The position numbers were made by a program, and so were the translations under genes. From the NCBI GenBank assembly GCA_902492275.1, contig CABUKW010000003.1:6756-70755 (forward strand): 64,000 bases of DNA. Direction: 5' to 3'. Under the pieces are notes generated by a model that was given only the letters and a program-made list of their open reading frames with translations, searched no databases and was not told the origin of the DNA. This document shows, in pieces, positions 18,002 through 26,961 of the stretch; the first letter of the stretch is position 1, and every line of letters starts with the position of its first letter. This DNA comes from an uncultured Peptococcaceae bacterium. GTDB taxonomy: Bacteria > Bacillota > Peptococcia > Peptococcales > Peptococcaceae.

Positions 18002-18823
18002 ATGAAAATCGTGACGTTGGTAGAAAATGAAGCAGCACAAAAGGATTTGAAACAGAAGCACGGATTGTGTTTGTACATTGAAACAGAACAGCATAAAATT
18101 TTATTTGACCTAGGGCCTGACGAGACTTTTTTACACAACGCCGAGCAGTGCGGTGTGGACATCAAAGCCGTGGATATTGTGATTATTTCCCACGGTCATG
18201 CCGACCATGGCGGCGGCTTGAGCGCGTTTTTGCAAGTAAATCACACTGCCAAAATTTATATTCACCCCGATGCATTTCTTCCTCACTATAATAAAGTTTT
18301 AAAGGTGCCGATTTACTGCGGGCTGGACACCAAATTTCAGAATAATAAACGGATTGTTTACACCAAAGAGCATTATATCATTGACAAGAGCTTGTTTTTA
18401 TTCTCCGACGTGGAAGGCAATCGCTGTGTGCCATCCATTAACAATTCTATGCGGGAAACCCGTGGGAAACATCGCGTAACCGATGCTTTTACCCACGAGC
18501 AAAATTTAATCATTCAAGAAGATGGCAAAGTTGTGTTGATTGGCGGCTGCGCCCATCGCGGCATTGTTAATATTGTCAAAACGGCAAAATTTTTGACCGG
18601 AAAATATATTGATGTGGTGATTTCCGGGTTCCATCTCACCGACCCTGTGCTGAGAAAAACGGAAGATACAGAATTTCTTGATAAGCTGGCCTATAATTTA
18701 AGCAAATTTTCCTGTCAGTATTACACCTTCCATTGCACCGGGCATCGTCCCTATCAATATCTGCGGGCCAAGCTGGGCGAAAAGGTGAAGTATTTGCGGG
18801 CAGGCGATACGCTAGTCATATAA
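18002..18823 (+). CDS. MBL-fold metallo-hydrolase
   Basis: MKIVTLVEN...; IISHGHADHGGG metal-binding motif. Confidence 0.8.
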   Translation: MKIVTLVENEAAQKDLKQKHGLCLYIETEQHKILFDLGPDETFLHNAEQCGVDIKAVDIVIISHGHADHGGGLSAFLQVNHTAKIYIHPDAFLPHYNKVLKVPIYCGLDTKFQNNKRIVYTKEHYIIDKSLFLFSDVEGNRCVPSINNSMRETRGKHRVTDAFTHEQNLIIQEDGKVVLIGGCAHRGIVNIVKTAKFLTGKYIDVVISGFHLTDPVLRKTEDTEFLDKLAYNLSKFSCQYYTFHCTGHRPYQYLRAKLGEKVKYLRAGDTLVI

Positions 18824-18870
18824 GCGAATGTGTTTATTTTTGATAAATGTTTGACCAACAGGATTGCAAA

Positions 18871-18886
18871 TGTTTCACGTGAAACA
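18871..18886. promoter_or_regulatory. parS, perfect 16-mer
   Basis: Core of a 44-bp palindrome (18857-18900), aacaggattgcaaa-core-tttacaatcctgtt, with one mismatched pair. Confidence 0.85.
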
Positions 18887-19311
18887 TTTACAATCCTGTT
18901 GAGAACTGAGAATTGAAATACAATCATAACGCCATTATGATTGCAATGGATAGGTTTAGTTTTATGCGCTGGTTCAATTATTTTTTTGTTTCATAGACAG
19001 TCGTTCTATTTGAGCGGCTGTTTTTTATATGCGGTAAAAAATTTCTTCATTACTATAAATTTTTTGACCCCGTATTTTTGTCTGTAACGCCGAAAAATTT
19101 GTCACGCGATAAATAAGTCATAAAAAGATAGTCAGCCTGCGAAATCGAAAAATTTGGCGTCAGAAAAAATTTGACTGCTTTGAAGAAAAATCTGGGGCGG
19201 CGTTTTTTTCGAAAATCAAAAATATTTTTTAAATTCGCAAAATTTTTTCGCGGTTTGCTATATTCAGCAGAGAAATTTTCCTTTATAATAGAATTAAAAT
19301 AAAAACAAAAA

Positions 19312-19327
19312 TGTTTCACGTGAAACA
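19312..19327. promoter_or_regulatory. parS, perfect 16-mer, directly upstream of parA
   Basis: aaaaaTGTTTCACGTGAAACAtttgcaaatttt; 50 nt before the parA ATG. Confidence 0.9.
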
Positions 19328-19377
19328 TTTGCAAATTTTGCGAGAAAAATCATGCATCCTGATAAGGAGTGAATCGT

Positions 19378-20136
19378 ATGGGAAAAGTGATTGTTGTTGC
19401 CAATCAGAAGGGCGGCGTAGCCAAAACGACAACGTCGGTCAATTTGGCTGCGTGTCTGGCCCATTATAAAAAGAAAGTGTTGCTCATTGATTTAGATCCG
19501 CAGGGCAATGCCAGCAGCGGGCTGGGTATCAATAAAAATGGGTTGGAACATTCGTCTTATGATGTGCTGGTGAATTTTGTACCCATTGATAAAATTACGG
19601 TGGAAGTTAATAAAAAATTATCGGTATTGCCCGCGAAGGTGGAACTGGCTGGCGCGGAGATGGAATTGGTGGCGGCCATTTCACGGGAAATGCGTTTGAA
19701 AAATGCGTTGGACGATGTGAAAGACAACTATGATTACATCATCATTGATACGCCGCCTTCCTTGGGGTTGCTCACGTTGAATGCGCTCACAGCAGCCGAT
19801 ACCTTTTTGGTGCCCATTCAATGTGAATATTATGCGCTGGAAGGATTGAGCCAACTGCTGAGCACCATTAAACTGGTACAGAAAAATCTCAATCCTGGTT
19901 TGCAGATGGAAGGCATTCTGCTCACTATGTACGATAACCGCACCAATCTGTCCAATCAGGTTGTGGCCGATGTGCGGGAAAATTTCAAAGAAAAAGTATT
20001 TAAAACCATAATTCCCCGGAATGTGCGGCTTAGCGAAGCGCCTAGCTTTGGGCAGTCCATTCTGGATTATGACGCAAAATCCAAAGGCGCAGAGACGTAT
20101 CTGGCGCTGGCCAAGGAGGTAATCAAACATGGCTAA
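19378..20136 (+). CDS. parA: ParA/Soj chromosome-partitioning ATPase
   Basis: MGKVIVVANQKGGVAKTTTSVNLAA deviant Walker A, LLIDLDPQGNAS, IIIDTPPSLG; ATG at 19378 after AAGGAG. Confidence 0.95.
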   Translation: MGKVIVVANQKGGVAKTTTSVNLAACLAHYKKKVLLIDLDPQGNASSGLGINKNGLEHSSYDVLVNFVPIDKITVEVNKKLSVLPAKVELAGAEMELVAAISREMRLKNALDDVKDNYDYIIIDTPPSLGLLTLNALTAADTFLVPIQCEYYALEGLSQLLSTIKLVQKNLNPGLQMEGILLTMYDNRTNLSNQVVADVRENFKEKVFKTIIPRNVRLSEAPSFGQSILDYDAKSKGAETYLALAKEVIKHG

Positions 20137-21034
20137 GACAAAAGGCGGCTTAGGCCGTGGACTAGGCGCGTTGTTGCCTGAGTATGAAGAAATTGTAGAA
20201 ACACACAATAGCAGCGACGGTGTGGTAGAGATTGAACTGGAAAAAATATTTCCCAATCCGGATCAGCCGCGCAAAACCTTTGACGAGGATAAGCTGATTG
20301 ATTTGGCCGAGTCTATTCGTGAGCATGGCGTGTTGCAGCCCATTTTGGTTGCGCCCCGCGACGATAAGTTTATGATTATCGCCGGCGAACGCCGCTATCG
20401 GGCGTCAAAGCGGGCAGGCCTGAGCACCATTCCGGCGTTGATTCGGGAAATGGACGATGAAAAGGTGATGGAGCTGGCGTTGATTGAAAACGTGCAGCGG
20501 GATAACCTGACGCCCATTGAAGAAGCGCGGGCCTATGATGTGCTTATGAACCGGTTTGGTTATACCCAGGAACGGTTATCGAAGCGGATGGGGAAAAGCC
20601 GTAGCGCCATTGCCAATATTACGCGGCTGTTGGCGTTGCCGGAGGACGTGCAGCAGATGGTGCAGGAGGGCAAGCTTACCACTGGTCATGTGCGGCCTAT
20701 GCTGAGCATTGACGTTCCTGAATGGCAGAGCGCCTTCGCCCATGAGATTTATCAAAGCAATCTTTCTGTGCGCGACGTAGAAAAAATGGTGAAGAACTCT
20801 TTAGATGCGGGCATGGTGCAGTGGGAAGAAAAAGAAGTTTTATTTCATAATCGGGCCAAATATAAAAAGCTGCCCGATAATCTGCGGGTTTTGCAGGAAC
20901 AATTAGCGGAAAAATTAAGCACCAAGGTCAGCATCAAAAAAAATACCGATGGCAGCGGTCGGTTGATTATTGAGTATTACAGTGAGGATGATTTGAAGCG
21001 GGTATTTGACGCACTGAACGGCAACTTTTATTGA
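20129..21034 (+). CDS. parB: ParB/Spo0J partition protein (CTPase-type)
   Basis: 301 aa; GLGRGLGALL, NPDQPRK, IIAGERRYRASK arginine patch, HTH region; overlaps the parA stop by 8 nt. Confidence 0.95.
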   Translation: MAKTKGGLGRGLGALLPEYEEIVETHNSSDGVVEIELEKIFPNPDQPRKTFDEDKLIDLAESIREHGVLQPILVAPRDDKFMIIAGERRYRASKRAGLSTIPALIREMDDEKVMELALIENVQRDNLTPIEEARAYDVLMNRFGYTQERLSKRMGKSRSAIANITRLLALPEDVQQMVQEGKLTTGHVRPMLSIDVPEWQSAFAHEIYQSNLSVRDVEKMVKNSLDAGMVQWEEKEVLFHNRAKYKKLPDNLRVLQEQLAEKLSTKVSIKKNTDGSGRLIIEYYSEDDLKRVFDALNGNFY

Positions 21035-21061
21035 TGGGATTGGCGTTAGATGATTTGCAAA

Positions 21062-21077
21062 AGTTTCACGTGAAACA
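21062..21077. promoter_or_regulatory. parS, one mismatch, directly downstream of parB
   Basis: aGTTTCACGTGAAACA with flanks tgatttgcaaa / tttacc; 28 nt after the parB stop. Confidence 0.75.
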
Positions 21078-21298
21078 TTTACCGCAAATGCGCATAAAGT
21101 ACTTGCACAAATTGTTTTGTTGCTATAAAATTAAATAAGAAACAGTGTGATGCATATTTTGTCAGCCGCAAAATATGTTTGCGCCATTTGTTAGCCGAAT
21201 TACATTCCCATGAAACGCTAGGAAGTGATTCGGTTCTTTTTATAAGTGCTGCGAGGTTGCTTTTGTTGCGAAAAGAAAAGATAAGCGAGGTGTTTCGC

Positions 21299-21784
21299 GT
21301 GAAAACGAAACGGACAGGCTTGTATAAATTAAGCGTGTTGTTGCTGGTTTGTGTGTTGTTAACGGGGTGGGCCGAATTATATCCTATGCGCACTTTTCCG
21401 CCGGCAATAGAAAAGGTGCAGTGGATGTATGTAAATCAATGGTCAGATTGGGAAACACACCATCATATGCTTGATGCGGCTGATGTGAGAGCGTTTTACG
21501 ATGAACTGCAAAACTTGGATTTGGTGCGCAGAGGAACGTCGTGGGAAGATATGGACGCTGCACATCATGTGGTGTATGAGGCACACAGTTGTTATCAAGT
21601 AGGCAGATCTGATAAAAATTTATGCTGGGCAAATTTTTATCTTGCTGATGATGGGTTTCTCTTGCTCTCAGTCAGTAACCAGTTTGTCAGCAATCAATTT
21701 GTTCTTTATGAAGACGTCAGTGGAAATTATGATGAGTTTTTTTCGTTGGTGCGGCAGTTGGATGAAAAATCTCAGCTAGAATAA
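21299..21784 (+). CDS. Hypothetical exported/anchored protein
   Basis: GTG at 21299 after AGCGAGG gives VKTKRTGLYKLSVLLLVCVLLTGW, a signal-like N-terminus; the track ORF begins at 21179. Confidence 0.5.
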   Translation: MKTKRTGLYKLSVLLLVCVLLTGWAELYPMRTFPPAIEKVQWMYVNQWSDWETHHHMLDAADVRAFYDELQNLDLVRRGTSWEDMDAAHHVVYEAHSCYQVGRSDKNLCWANFYLADDGFLLLSVSNQFVSNQFVLYEDVSGNYDEFFSLVRQLDEKSQLE

Positions 21785-21793
21785 TTTTGCAAA

Positions 21794-21809
21794 TGTTTCA
21801 CGTGAAACA
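21794..21809. promoter_or_regulatory. parS, perfect 16-mer
   Basis: attttgcaaaTGTTTCACGTGAAACAtctg; 10 nt after the stop at 21784. Confidence 0.85.
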
Positions 21810-21828
21810 TCTGAAGGGAGCGATGTAA

Positions 21829-22080
21829 ATGGGTGAGTTGCGACAGATTCCCGGTGTGGGAAAAACGACCGAGCAGGATTTATTGGCCATCGGTTATAGG
21901 GATATTGCTTCCTTGCGCGGCGCTGATCCGCAGGAAATGTATGAACAGGAATGTATCCGCAAGGGAGTGCAGGTAGACCGTTGTGTGCTTTATGTGTATC
22001 GCTGTGCCGTGTATTATGCCAATACGCCGCCGGAAGAACGAAATCCGGAGCTGCTCAAGTGGTGGAATTGGAAGGATTGA
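21829..22080 (+). CDS. Helix-hairpin-helix domain protein (Cdd1-like pathogenicity-locus family)
   Basis: 83 aa; LRQIPGVGKTTEQDLLAIGYRDIASL. Confidence 0.65.
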   Translation: MGELRQIPGVGKTTEQDLLAIGYRDIASLRGADPQEMYEQECIRKGVQVDRCVLYVYRCAVYYANTPPEERNPELLKWWNWKD

Positions 22081-22118
22081 AAAAATAATTCCAATGCAAC
22101 ATAGAAAGGAGATTTTTT

Positions 22119-22706
22119 ATGAGAAATGAAATGCGAGGGTTTTTCTTTTTAAGCTATGCGTTGATTTGCGTCTGTATGAGTTATTTGTGTGGCGGGCTTT
22201 ATTACGGCGGTGGTTTATGGGCAGGTCTAGCAGTTATTTTTTTGATTATCGGCGTGGTCTTTCTCTCCAATGCCAGAGATTCCAAAACAACGAAGAATAA
22301 CAGGAAAAAGCCGGATATATTATGCGTGGGACAGGCTTGGACGGAGTTTAATTGTTTTCAGTTAAAGGTGGACAATGTTGCTGTGAAAAAGGCTGAGGAT
22401 GGTCGTCGGCTTGGTACCGCTATGTTTCACGTGGAAAACTGGCTGACCGTGCCAACGCAGGGCGAAAATAAGCTATCGGTGCAAATGGAGGCCATTGCGG
22501 AGCAAGGCAATCACAGCGTGGAACTGGAAGTGTTAAACGCAAGCGGCGTTGAAGTGGCGGCAGGTGAACAACAGCAAGCAGCTTATACCATTGTGCTGCC
22601 GGAAAAAGCAGCGCGAATACTGTTGACCTTTTCCGTGACAGTTGAGCAGGATGGCAAGGTGTATCGGCAAAAGTATGAATTTTATCCGGCGCACTACGAA
22701 AGATGA
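22119..22706 (+). CDS. Hypothetical membrane-anchored protein
   Basis: 195 aa; two N-terminal TM segments then a beta-rich domain. Contains a degenerate parS-like 16-mer at 22423. Confidence 0.55.
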   Translation: MRNEMRGFFFLSYALICVCMSYLCGGLYYGGGLWAGLAVIFLIIGVVFLSNARDSKTTKNNRKKPDILCVGQAWTEFNCFQLKVDNVAVKKAEDGRRLGTAMFHVENWLTVPTQGENKLSVQMEAIAEQGNHSVELEVLNASGVEVAAGEQQQAAYTIVLPEKAARILLTFSVTVEQDGKVYRQKYEFYPAHYER

Positions 22707-22806
22707 TGCAGGCGTTATATTTGATTGTTGCGCTGTTGTTGCGTTATCGTTATGTGGAGAAAGGGTTTATAAGCGCATGACATTTATTTAGTAGGAAAAT
22801 TGCAAA

Positions 22807-22822
22807 TGTTTTACGTGAAACA
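22807..22822. promoter_or_regulatory. parS, one mismatch
   Basis: aaaattgcaaaTGTTTtACGTGAAACAtttgcaaaa; intergenic. Confidence 0.75.
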
Positions 22823-22865
22823 TTTGCAAAACGAATGCAGTAATGCTGCCTGTTGGATAAAAAGT

Positions 22866-22890
22866 ATTACGATTTGTTGTAAATCGTAAT
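22866..22890. promoter_or_regulatory. Perfect 10-bp inverted repeat, candidate antitoxin operator
   Basis: attacgattt-gttgt-aaatcgtaat, 60 nt upstream of the phd-like ATG. Confidence 0.5.
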
Positions 22891-22950
22891 GCTGTAATTG
22901 ATTTTCTTGTTCTTTTTGCATATAGCAAAGAAAAAAGTGGAGGTGGCAGC

Positions 22951-23274
22951 ATGGCAATTGCAGCGGGATTATTAAAAAGTTTGGTGCCTATTACACAATT
23001 CAATCGTGGGCAGGCTTCGAAAATTTTTGACAGACTTCGCACAGAACCGCAATTAATTGTTTTGAAAAATAATCAGCCTTCGGCAGTCATATTATCGCCA
23101 CAGGAATATGAACGGCTGCTGGAAGTGGAGGAAGATTATTTATTATTATTAGAGGCCAATGAACGTTTAAAAAATAACAATGGAAAGCCAGCGCAATCGT
23201 TGGCGAGTGTGATGGCAGAATTGAATATTACGGAAGAAGATTTGGCAAGCGCGGAGGATGTGGAGTTTGAATGA
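22951..23274 (+). CDS. Phd/YefM-family type II antitoxin
   Basis: 107 aa; ITQFNRGQASKIFDRL...IVLKNNQPSAVILSPQEYERL; its stop overlaps the next ATG (ATGA). Confidence 0.8.
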   Translation: MAIAAGLLKSLVPITQFNRGQASKIFDRLRTEPQLIVLKNNQPSAVILSPQEYERLLEVEEDYLLLLEANERLKNNNGKPAQSLASVMAELNITEEDLASAEDVEFE

Positions 23275-23479
23275 ACTGGACTGTTGAGTTTCAAAAGAAG
23301 CGAAACAAGATTTAAAAAGATTAGATGGTTCGGTGCGTGATCAAGTTTTGAAGGGCATTCGTGTTGTATATAAAGTAGAGATGGAAGCGACTACGATGAA
23401 GATCATTGTAATTTCAGCACGTACAGATGAGCAGGTGTATAAAGAAGCGTTGATGCGCAGGGAAAAATATAATATGTAA
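23271..23479 (+). pseudogene. Decayed RelE/ParE-family toxin gene (frameshift plus internal deletion)
   Basis: MNWTVEFQKK then a stop. Shifting the frame by one restores KQDLKRLDGSVRDQVLKGI, then ...VVYKVE...IIVISARTDEQVY. The total is far too short for an intact toxin. Confidence 0.65.
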
Positions 23480-23539
23480 ATGTAGAATTGCAAAGAGGGC
23501 GGACAACCATATTGATTGTTCGCCCTCTTTTGTAGTTTC

Positions 23540-23755
23540 TTATTCTGCGTCGGTCAAAGAGATGACCTGATAGCCGCCGTCGATGACAACCTGTTTCATG
23601 GCGTCGTCGCTGACGGTGCCGTCGGTGGTAATATAGGCCGCTTTGTCTTCTAAGCTGACGGTGGCGGTAACGCCGTCTAAGCCGTTTAATGCTTTGGTTA
23701 CTGCGTTTTGGCAGTGGGGGCACATCATGCCTTCAATTTTCATCGTTTTTTTCAT
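23540..23755 (-). CDS. CopZ-like HMA domain, possibly also translated on its own (in frame with and nested in the copA ORF)
   Basis: GAAGGAG, 8 nt, then ATG at 23755; MKKTMKIEGMMCPHCQNAVTKAL... (71 aa). Confidence 0.35.
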   Translation of the reverse strand: MKKTMKIEGMMCPHCQNAVTKALNGLDGVTATVSLEDKAAYITTDGTVSDDAMKQVVIDGGYQVISLTDAE

Positions 23756-26452
23756 GGTACATACTCCTTCGTGATTAATATTTGCTGATGTTTCACGTGA
23801 AACATTTGCATCTGATAAATTGGAAGTCGGTTGGTCATCGGTGAGCGCAAGCACCTGATAGTCGGCGTTGATGACAGCCTGCTTCAGTGCGTCATCACTG
23901 ACGGTGCCGTCGGTGATGATATAGGCGGCGTTATCTTCTAAGCTGACGGTGGCAGTCACGCCGTCTAAGCTGTTCAGCGCTTTGGTAACGGCATTTTGAC
24001 AATGGCTGCACATCATACCGCCGATTTGCATGGTTTTATGCACTCCGCTTTTCTTGCTTTCAGTGGCAGATGCTGGGCCGGTTGGTTTGAGAATAGACGA
24101 AGCGCTTTCCAAGCTGGTGATAAGCTGTACTTCATTGGCATCTGCTGGCAGAGCTGTGACTGTAGTTTGTTCCGGTAATACTGGACGGAATTTGCGCAGC
24201 CGCAGCGCGTTGGTGACAACGAAAACGCTGCTGAAGCTCATAGCCGCAGCGCCAAACATGGGGCTTAGCAGCCATCCCGTCCAATGATAAAATACGCCGG
24301 CGGCTAAAGGAATGCCCAGGCAGTTGTAGAAAAAGGCCCAGAACAGATTTTGTTTGATATTGCGAATGACTGATTTGCTGAGTTGAATGGCAGTCACAAC
24401 GTCCAACAGGTCGTTTTTCATCAGCACAATGTCGGCGCTTTCCAACGCCACATCGGTGCCGGCGCCGATAGCTAAACCAACGTCGGCGCGCGCCAGAGCG
24501 GGCGCGTCGTTGACGCCGTCGCCCACCATGGCGACCACCTTGCCTTGCGCTTGCAGCGCTGCAATCTGTTGTTCTTTGTCCTGCGGCAGCACTTCGGCGA
24601 TAACGTCATCCAACTGTAATTGCTGCTGAATAGCTGTTGCGGTGCGAGCATTGTCGCCGGTGAGCATGATAACCTGCACGCCCATCGCTTTCAGTTGCTG
24701 AATGGCTTGTTGACTGGTCGGCTTCACCACATCGGCTGCGCCGATGATGCCGATTACCTGCTGCTCGTCGGAGAAAATCAACGGCGTTTTTCCGGCGGTG
24801 GCCAAATCATCCAGCACGCTGGCCCATTGCTGCAGTGGAATATTTTTTTCGTTCATCAGGCGGCGATTGCCTGCGTAATAATAGGTGCCGTTAATTTTAG
24901 CCTGAATGCCTTTTCCCGGCAAGGACTGGAATTGTTCCGATGTTGCAGCGCTGATTTGTTGCTCAGCGGCGTAGGTCAGCACTGCTTCGGCCAGCGGATG
25001 CTCGCTGCCTTCTTCCAGCGCGGCGGCGATGCTGATAAATTCCTCTTGCGTGGAAAAAATAGTCTGTACGTCTGTCACAACAGGCTTGCCTTGGGTGATG
25101 GTGCCGGTTTTGTCCAGCACTACAGTTTGAATATTATGGGCCGTTTCCAATGCTTGCCCCGATTTAATCAAAATGCCATGCTCAGCGCCTTTGCCGGTGC
25201 CCACCATAATGGCTACCGGTGTGGCCAATCCCAGCGCGCAGGGGCAAGAGATGACCAGCACGCAAATCGCGCAGGATAAAGCGAATTCAAAGGTGGCGCC
25301 GCTTAACAGCCAGACAATGGCAGTGAGCAGCGCAATGCTGATTACAACGGGCACGAAAATACCAGCGATGCGGTCAGCCATTTTGGCGATGGGCGCTTTG
25401 GTGGCCGATGCATCTTCCACCAGACGGATGATTTGGGCAAAGGTGGTGTCGTTACCAACCTTAGAAGCCGTAAAGCGAATGAAGCCGCCTTTGTTAATTG
25501 TAGCTGCAATAACTTCATCGCCCGGTTCTTTTTCTACCGGGATACTTTCGCCGGTGATGGCCGATTGATCCACGCTGGTATTGCCTTCGGCGATGATGCC
25601 GTCCACCGGAATACGTTGCCCCGGTTTGACCAATACCATATCGCCCACCACAACCTGTTCAACAGGCACTTCCATCTGCTGTCCATTGCGCTCTATGGTG
25701 GCAGTTTTGGGCGCCAAGTCCATCAGCCGCGTCAGAGCTTCGCTGGTTTTGCCTTTAGAGCGGGTTTCCAGATATTTGCCGACGGTGATTAACGCCAAAA
25801 TCATCACAGCCGATTCAAAATATAAATCGTGATGATAGCGAGCCACCAGCTCCATATCGCCGGCGCCTAAGCCGTAACTCATGCGGTAAATGGCGAAGAT
25901 GCCGTAAATCATAGCAGCGCCGGAGCCGATGGCAATCAGGCTGTCCATGTTGGGCGCGCCGTGGGATAAGGTTTGAAAGCCCTTGATATAAAACTTGCGG
26001 TTCACATAAGCGATGGGCAGCGCCAACAAAAATTGCGTAAACGCAAAGCTGACGGCATTGGCGTGGCCGCTTAAAAAGCTGGGCAGCGGCAGACCAACCA
26101 TGTGGCCCATAGAAACATACATCAGCGGGATTAAAAAGACAAAGCTGACAATCAGTCGGTGCTTCATTTCTTTTAGCTGCGTGTCCATAGGATTTTCCCG
26201 CTGTACGGGAGCGGCGGCTGGCGCTGCGGCGCTATTGGCTTCCTGCTTGACGCTGGCGCCGTAGCCTGCCTGTGTTACTGCTGAAATAATGTCGTTGGTT
26301 GTGAGCTTACTGTCGTCAAACTCTACCTGCATGCTGTTGGTCAGCAAATTTACGGTAACGTCGTTCATGCCCTCCAGCTTGCGCACGCATTTTTCCACCC
26401 GTGATGAGCAAGCGGAGCAGGTCATTCCCGTTACATCGAATTTTTCTTTCAA
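23540..26452 (-). CDS. copA: Copper-translocating P1B-type ATPase with one N-terminal and two C-terminal HMA domains
   Basis: 970 aa; GMTCSACSSRVE, CPC motif (SCPCALGLATP), DKTGTIT, MLTGDN, GDGVNDAPAL; C-terminal GMMCSHC and GMMCPHC domains. Confidence 0.9.
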   Translation of the reverse strand: MKEKFDVTGMTCSACSSRVEKCVRKLEGMNDVTVNLLTNSMQVEFDDSKLTTNDIISAVTQAGYGASVKQEANSAAAPAAAPVQRENPMDTQLKEMKHRLIVSFVFLIPLMYVSMGHMVGLPLPSFLSGHANAVSFAFTQFLLALPIAYVNRKFYIKGFQTLSHGAPNMDSLIAIGSGAAMIYGIFAIYRMSYGLGAGDMELVARYHHDLYFESAVMILALITVGKYLETRSKGKTSEALTRLMDLAPKTATIERNGQQMEVPVEQVVVGDMVLVKPGQRIPVDGIIAEGNTSVDQSAITGESIPVEKEPGDEVIAATINKGGFIRFTASKVGNDTTFAQIIRLVEDASATKAPIAKMADRIAGIFVPVVISIALLTAIVWLLSGATFEFALSCAICVLVISCPCALGLATPVAIMVGTGKGAEHGILIKSGQALETAHNIQTVVLDKTGTITQGKPVVTDVQTIFSTQEEFISIAAALEEGSEHPLAEAVLTYAAEQQISAATSEQFQSLPGKGIQAKINGTYYYAGNRRLMNEKNIPLQQWASVLDDLATAGKTPLIFSDEQQVIGIIGAADVVKPTSQQAIQQLKAMGVQVIMLTGDNARTATAIQQQLQLDDVIAEVLPQDKEQQIAALQAQGKVVAMVGDGVNDAPALARADVGLAIGAGTDVALESADIVLMKNDLLDVVTAIQLSKSVIRNIKQNLFWAFFYNCLGIPLAAGVFYHWTGWLLSPMFGAAAMSFSSVFVVTNALRLRKFRPVLPEQTTVTALPADANEVQLITSLESASSILKPTGPASATESKKSGVHKTMQIGGMMCSHCQNAVTKALNSLDGVTATVSLEDNAAYIITDGTVSDDALKQAVINADYQVLALTDDQPTSNLSDANVSRETSANINHEGVCTMKKTMKIEGMMCPHCQNAVTKALNGLDGVTATVSLEDKAAYITTDGTVSDDAMKQVVIDGGYQVISLTDAE
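23789..23804. promoter_or_regulatory. parS, perfect 16-mer, inside the copA reading frame
   Basis: tttgctgaTGTTTCACGTGAAACAtttgcatc; read as ...DANVSRETSAN... in the linker between the two C-terminal HMA domains. Confidence 0.85.
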
Positions 26453-26500
26453 AATAAATTCACCTCGCTATAATAATGTGCCTCAAAATCGTGCATTCTA

Positions 26501-26914
26501 TCATACAGAGACGGTAATACCGTCAATTTTTGCTAACGCTTGCAATATTGTTTGACATGTTGAGGAAGGTGCTGCCAGAATATAATTTTCTGTACCATAA
26601 TGTTCTGACGCCAATGAATTTCCGAGAAAAATGGCAAAGAAAGGCATCTGCTTATTGTAGATTGCCGTGTCGGTTGGTTTATCCATAGCGGCAAGCATTT
26701 GGCGAAAATGGGGCGTTACTACGCCGCTGATTACCACGCCGTCGCGCCAACTGTTTATTTGCCGTTGCCCGTATTGCAGAGCAAGGGTAATAGTCTCTGT
26801 TTCTTCTTTCCAACAATGAATTTCAAAAGGCACGCCATCTATAGCAAACTGCGAAAGCAAACATTTCAAATGGCTGCAATCCGTTACTGCATGATCTATT
26901 TCGATAGCAATCAA
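26501..26914 (-). CDS. Hypothetical protein lying between csoR and copA
   Basis: 137 aa; no family recognised; 48 nt upstream of the copA start. Confidence 0.5.
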   Translation of the reverse strand: MIAIEIDHAVTDCSHLKCLLSQFAIDGVPFEIHCWKEETETITLALQYGQRQINSWRDGVVISGVVTPHFRQMLAAMDKPTDTAIYNKQMPFFAIFLGNSLASEHYGTENYILAAPSSTCQTILQALAKIDGITVSV

Positions 26915-26945
26915 AACATGGCACCTCGCTTAAGTATTTTGCAAA

Positions 26946-26961
26946 TGTTTCACGTGAAACA
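26946..26961. promoter_or_regulatory. parS, perfect 16-mer
   Basis: attttgcaaaTGTTTCACGTGAAACAtctgcaatttttt; between the csoR stop and the 26914 start. Confidence 0.85.

Noticed and set aside
19053-19334. Low-complexity ORFs in AT-rich intergenic DNA (19053-19334, 43615-43818, 50137-50406, 51010-51252, 34474-34659).
   Set aside because: They have F/K/I/L-rich composition driven by A/T runs, no RBS and no recognisable domains. I treat them as non-coding.
22423-22438. A further parS copy inside the 22119-22706 CDS (tgtttcacgtggaaaa).
   Set aside because: It has two mismatches in the right half-site, lacks the conserved ttgcaaa flanks and lies inside a coding region. It is probably a chance half-site, so it is not counted in the array.
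24620-25279. Long antisense or out-of-frame ORFs inside strong genes (for example 24620-25279 and 25173-25568 in copA, 45984-46481 in yhgE, 3310-3813 in rep, 19681-20256 in parA, 17410-17904 opposite the DUF2007 gene, 6338-6763 in brnQ).
   Set aside because: They overlap CDSs with clear family signatures and have skewed (R/A/P/C-rich) composition typical of shadow ORFs.
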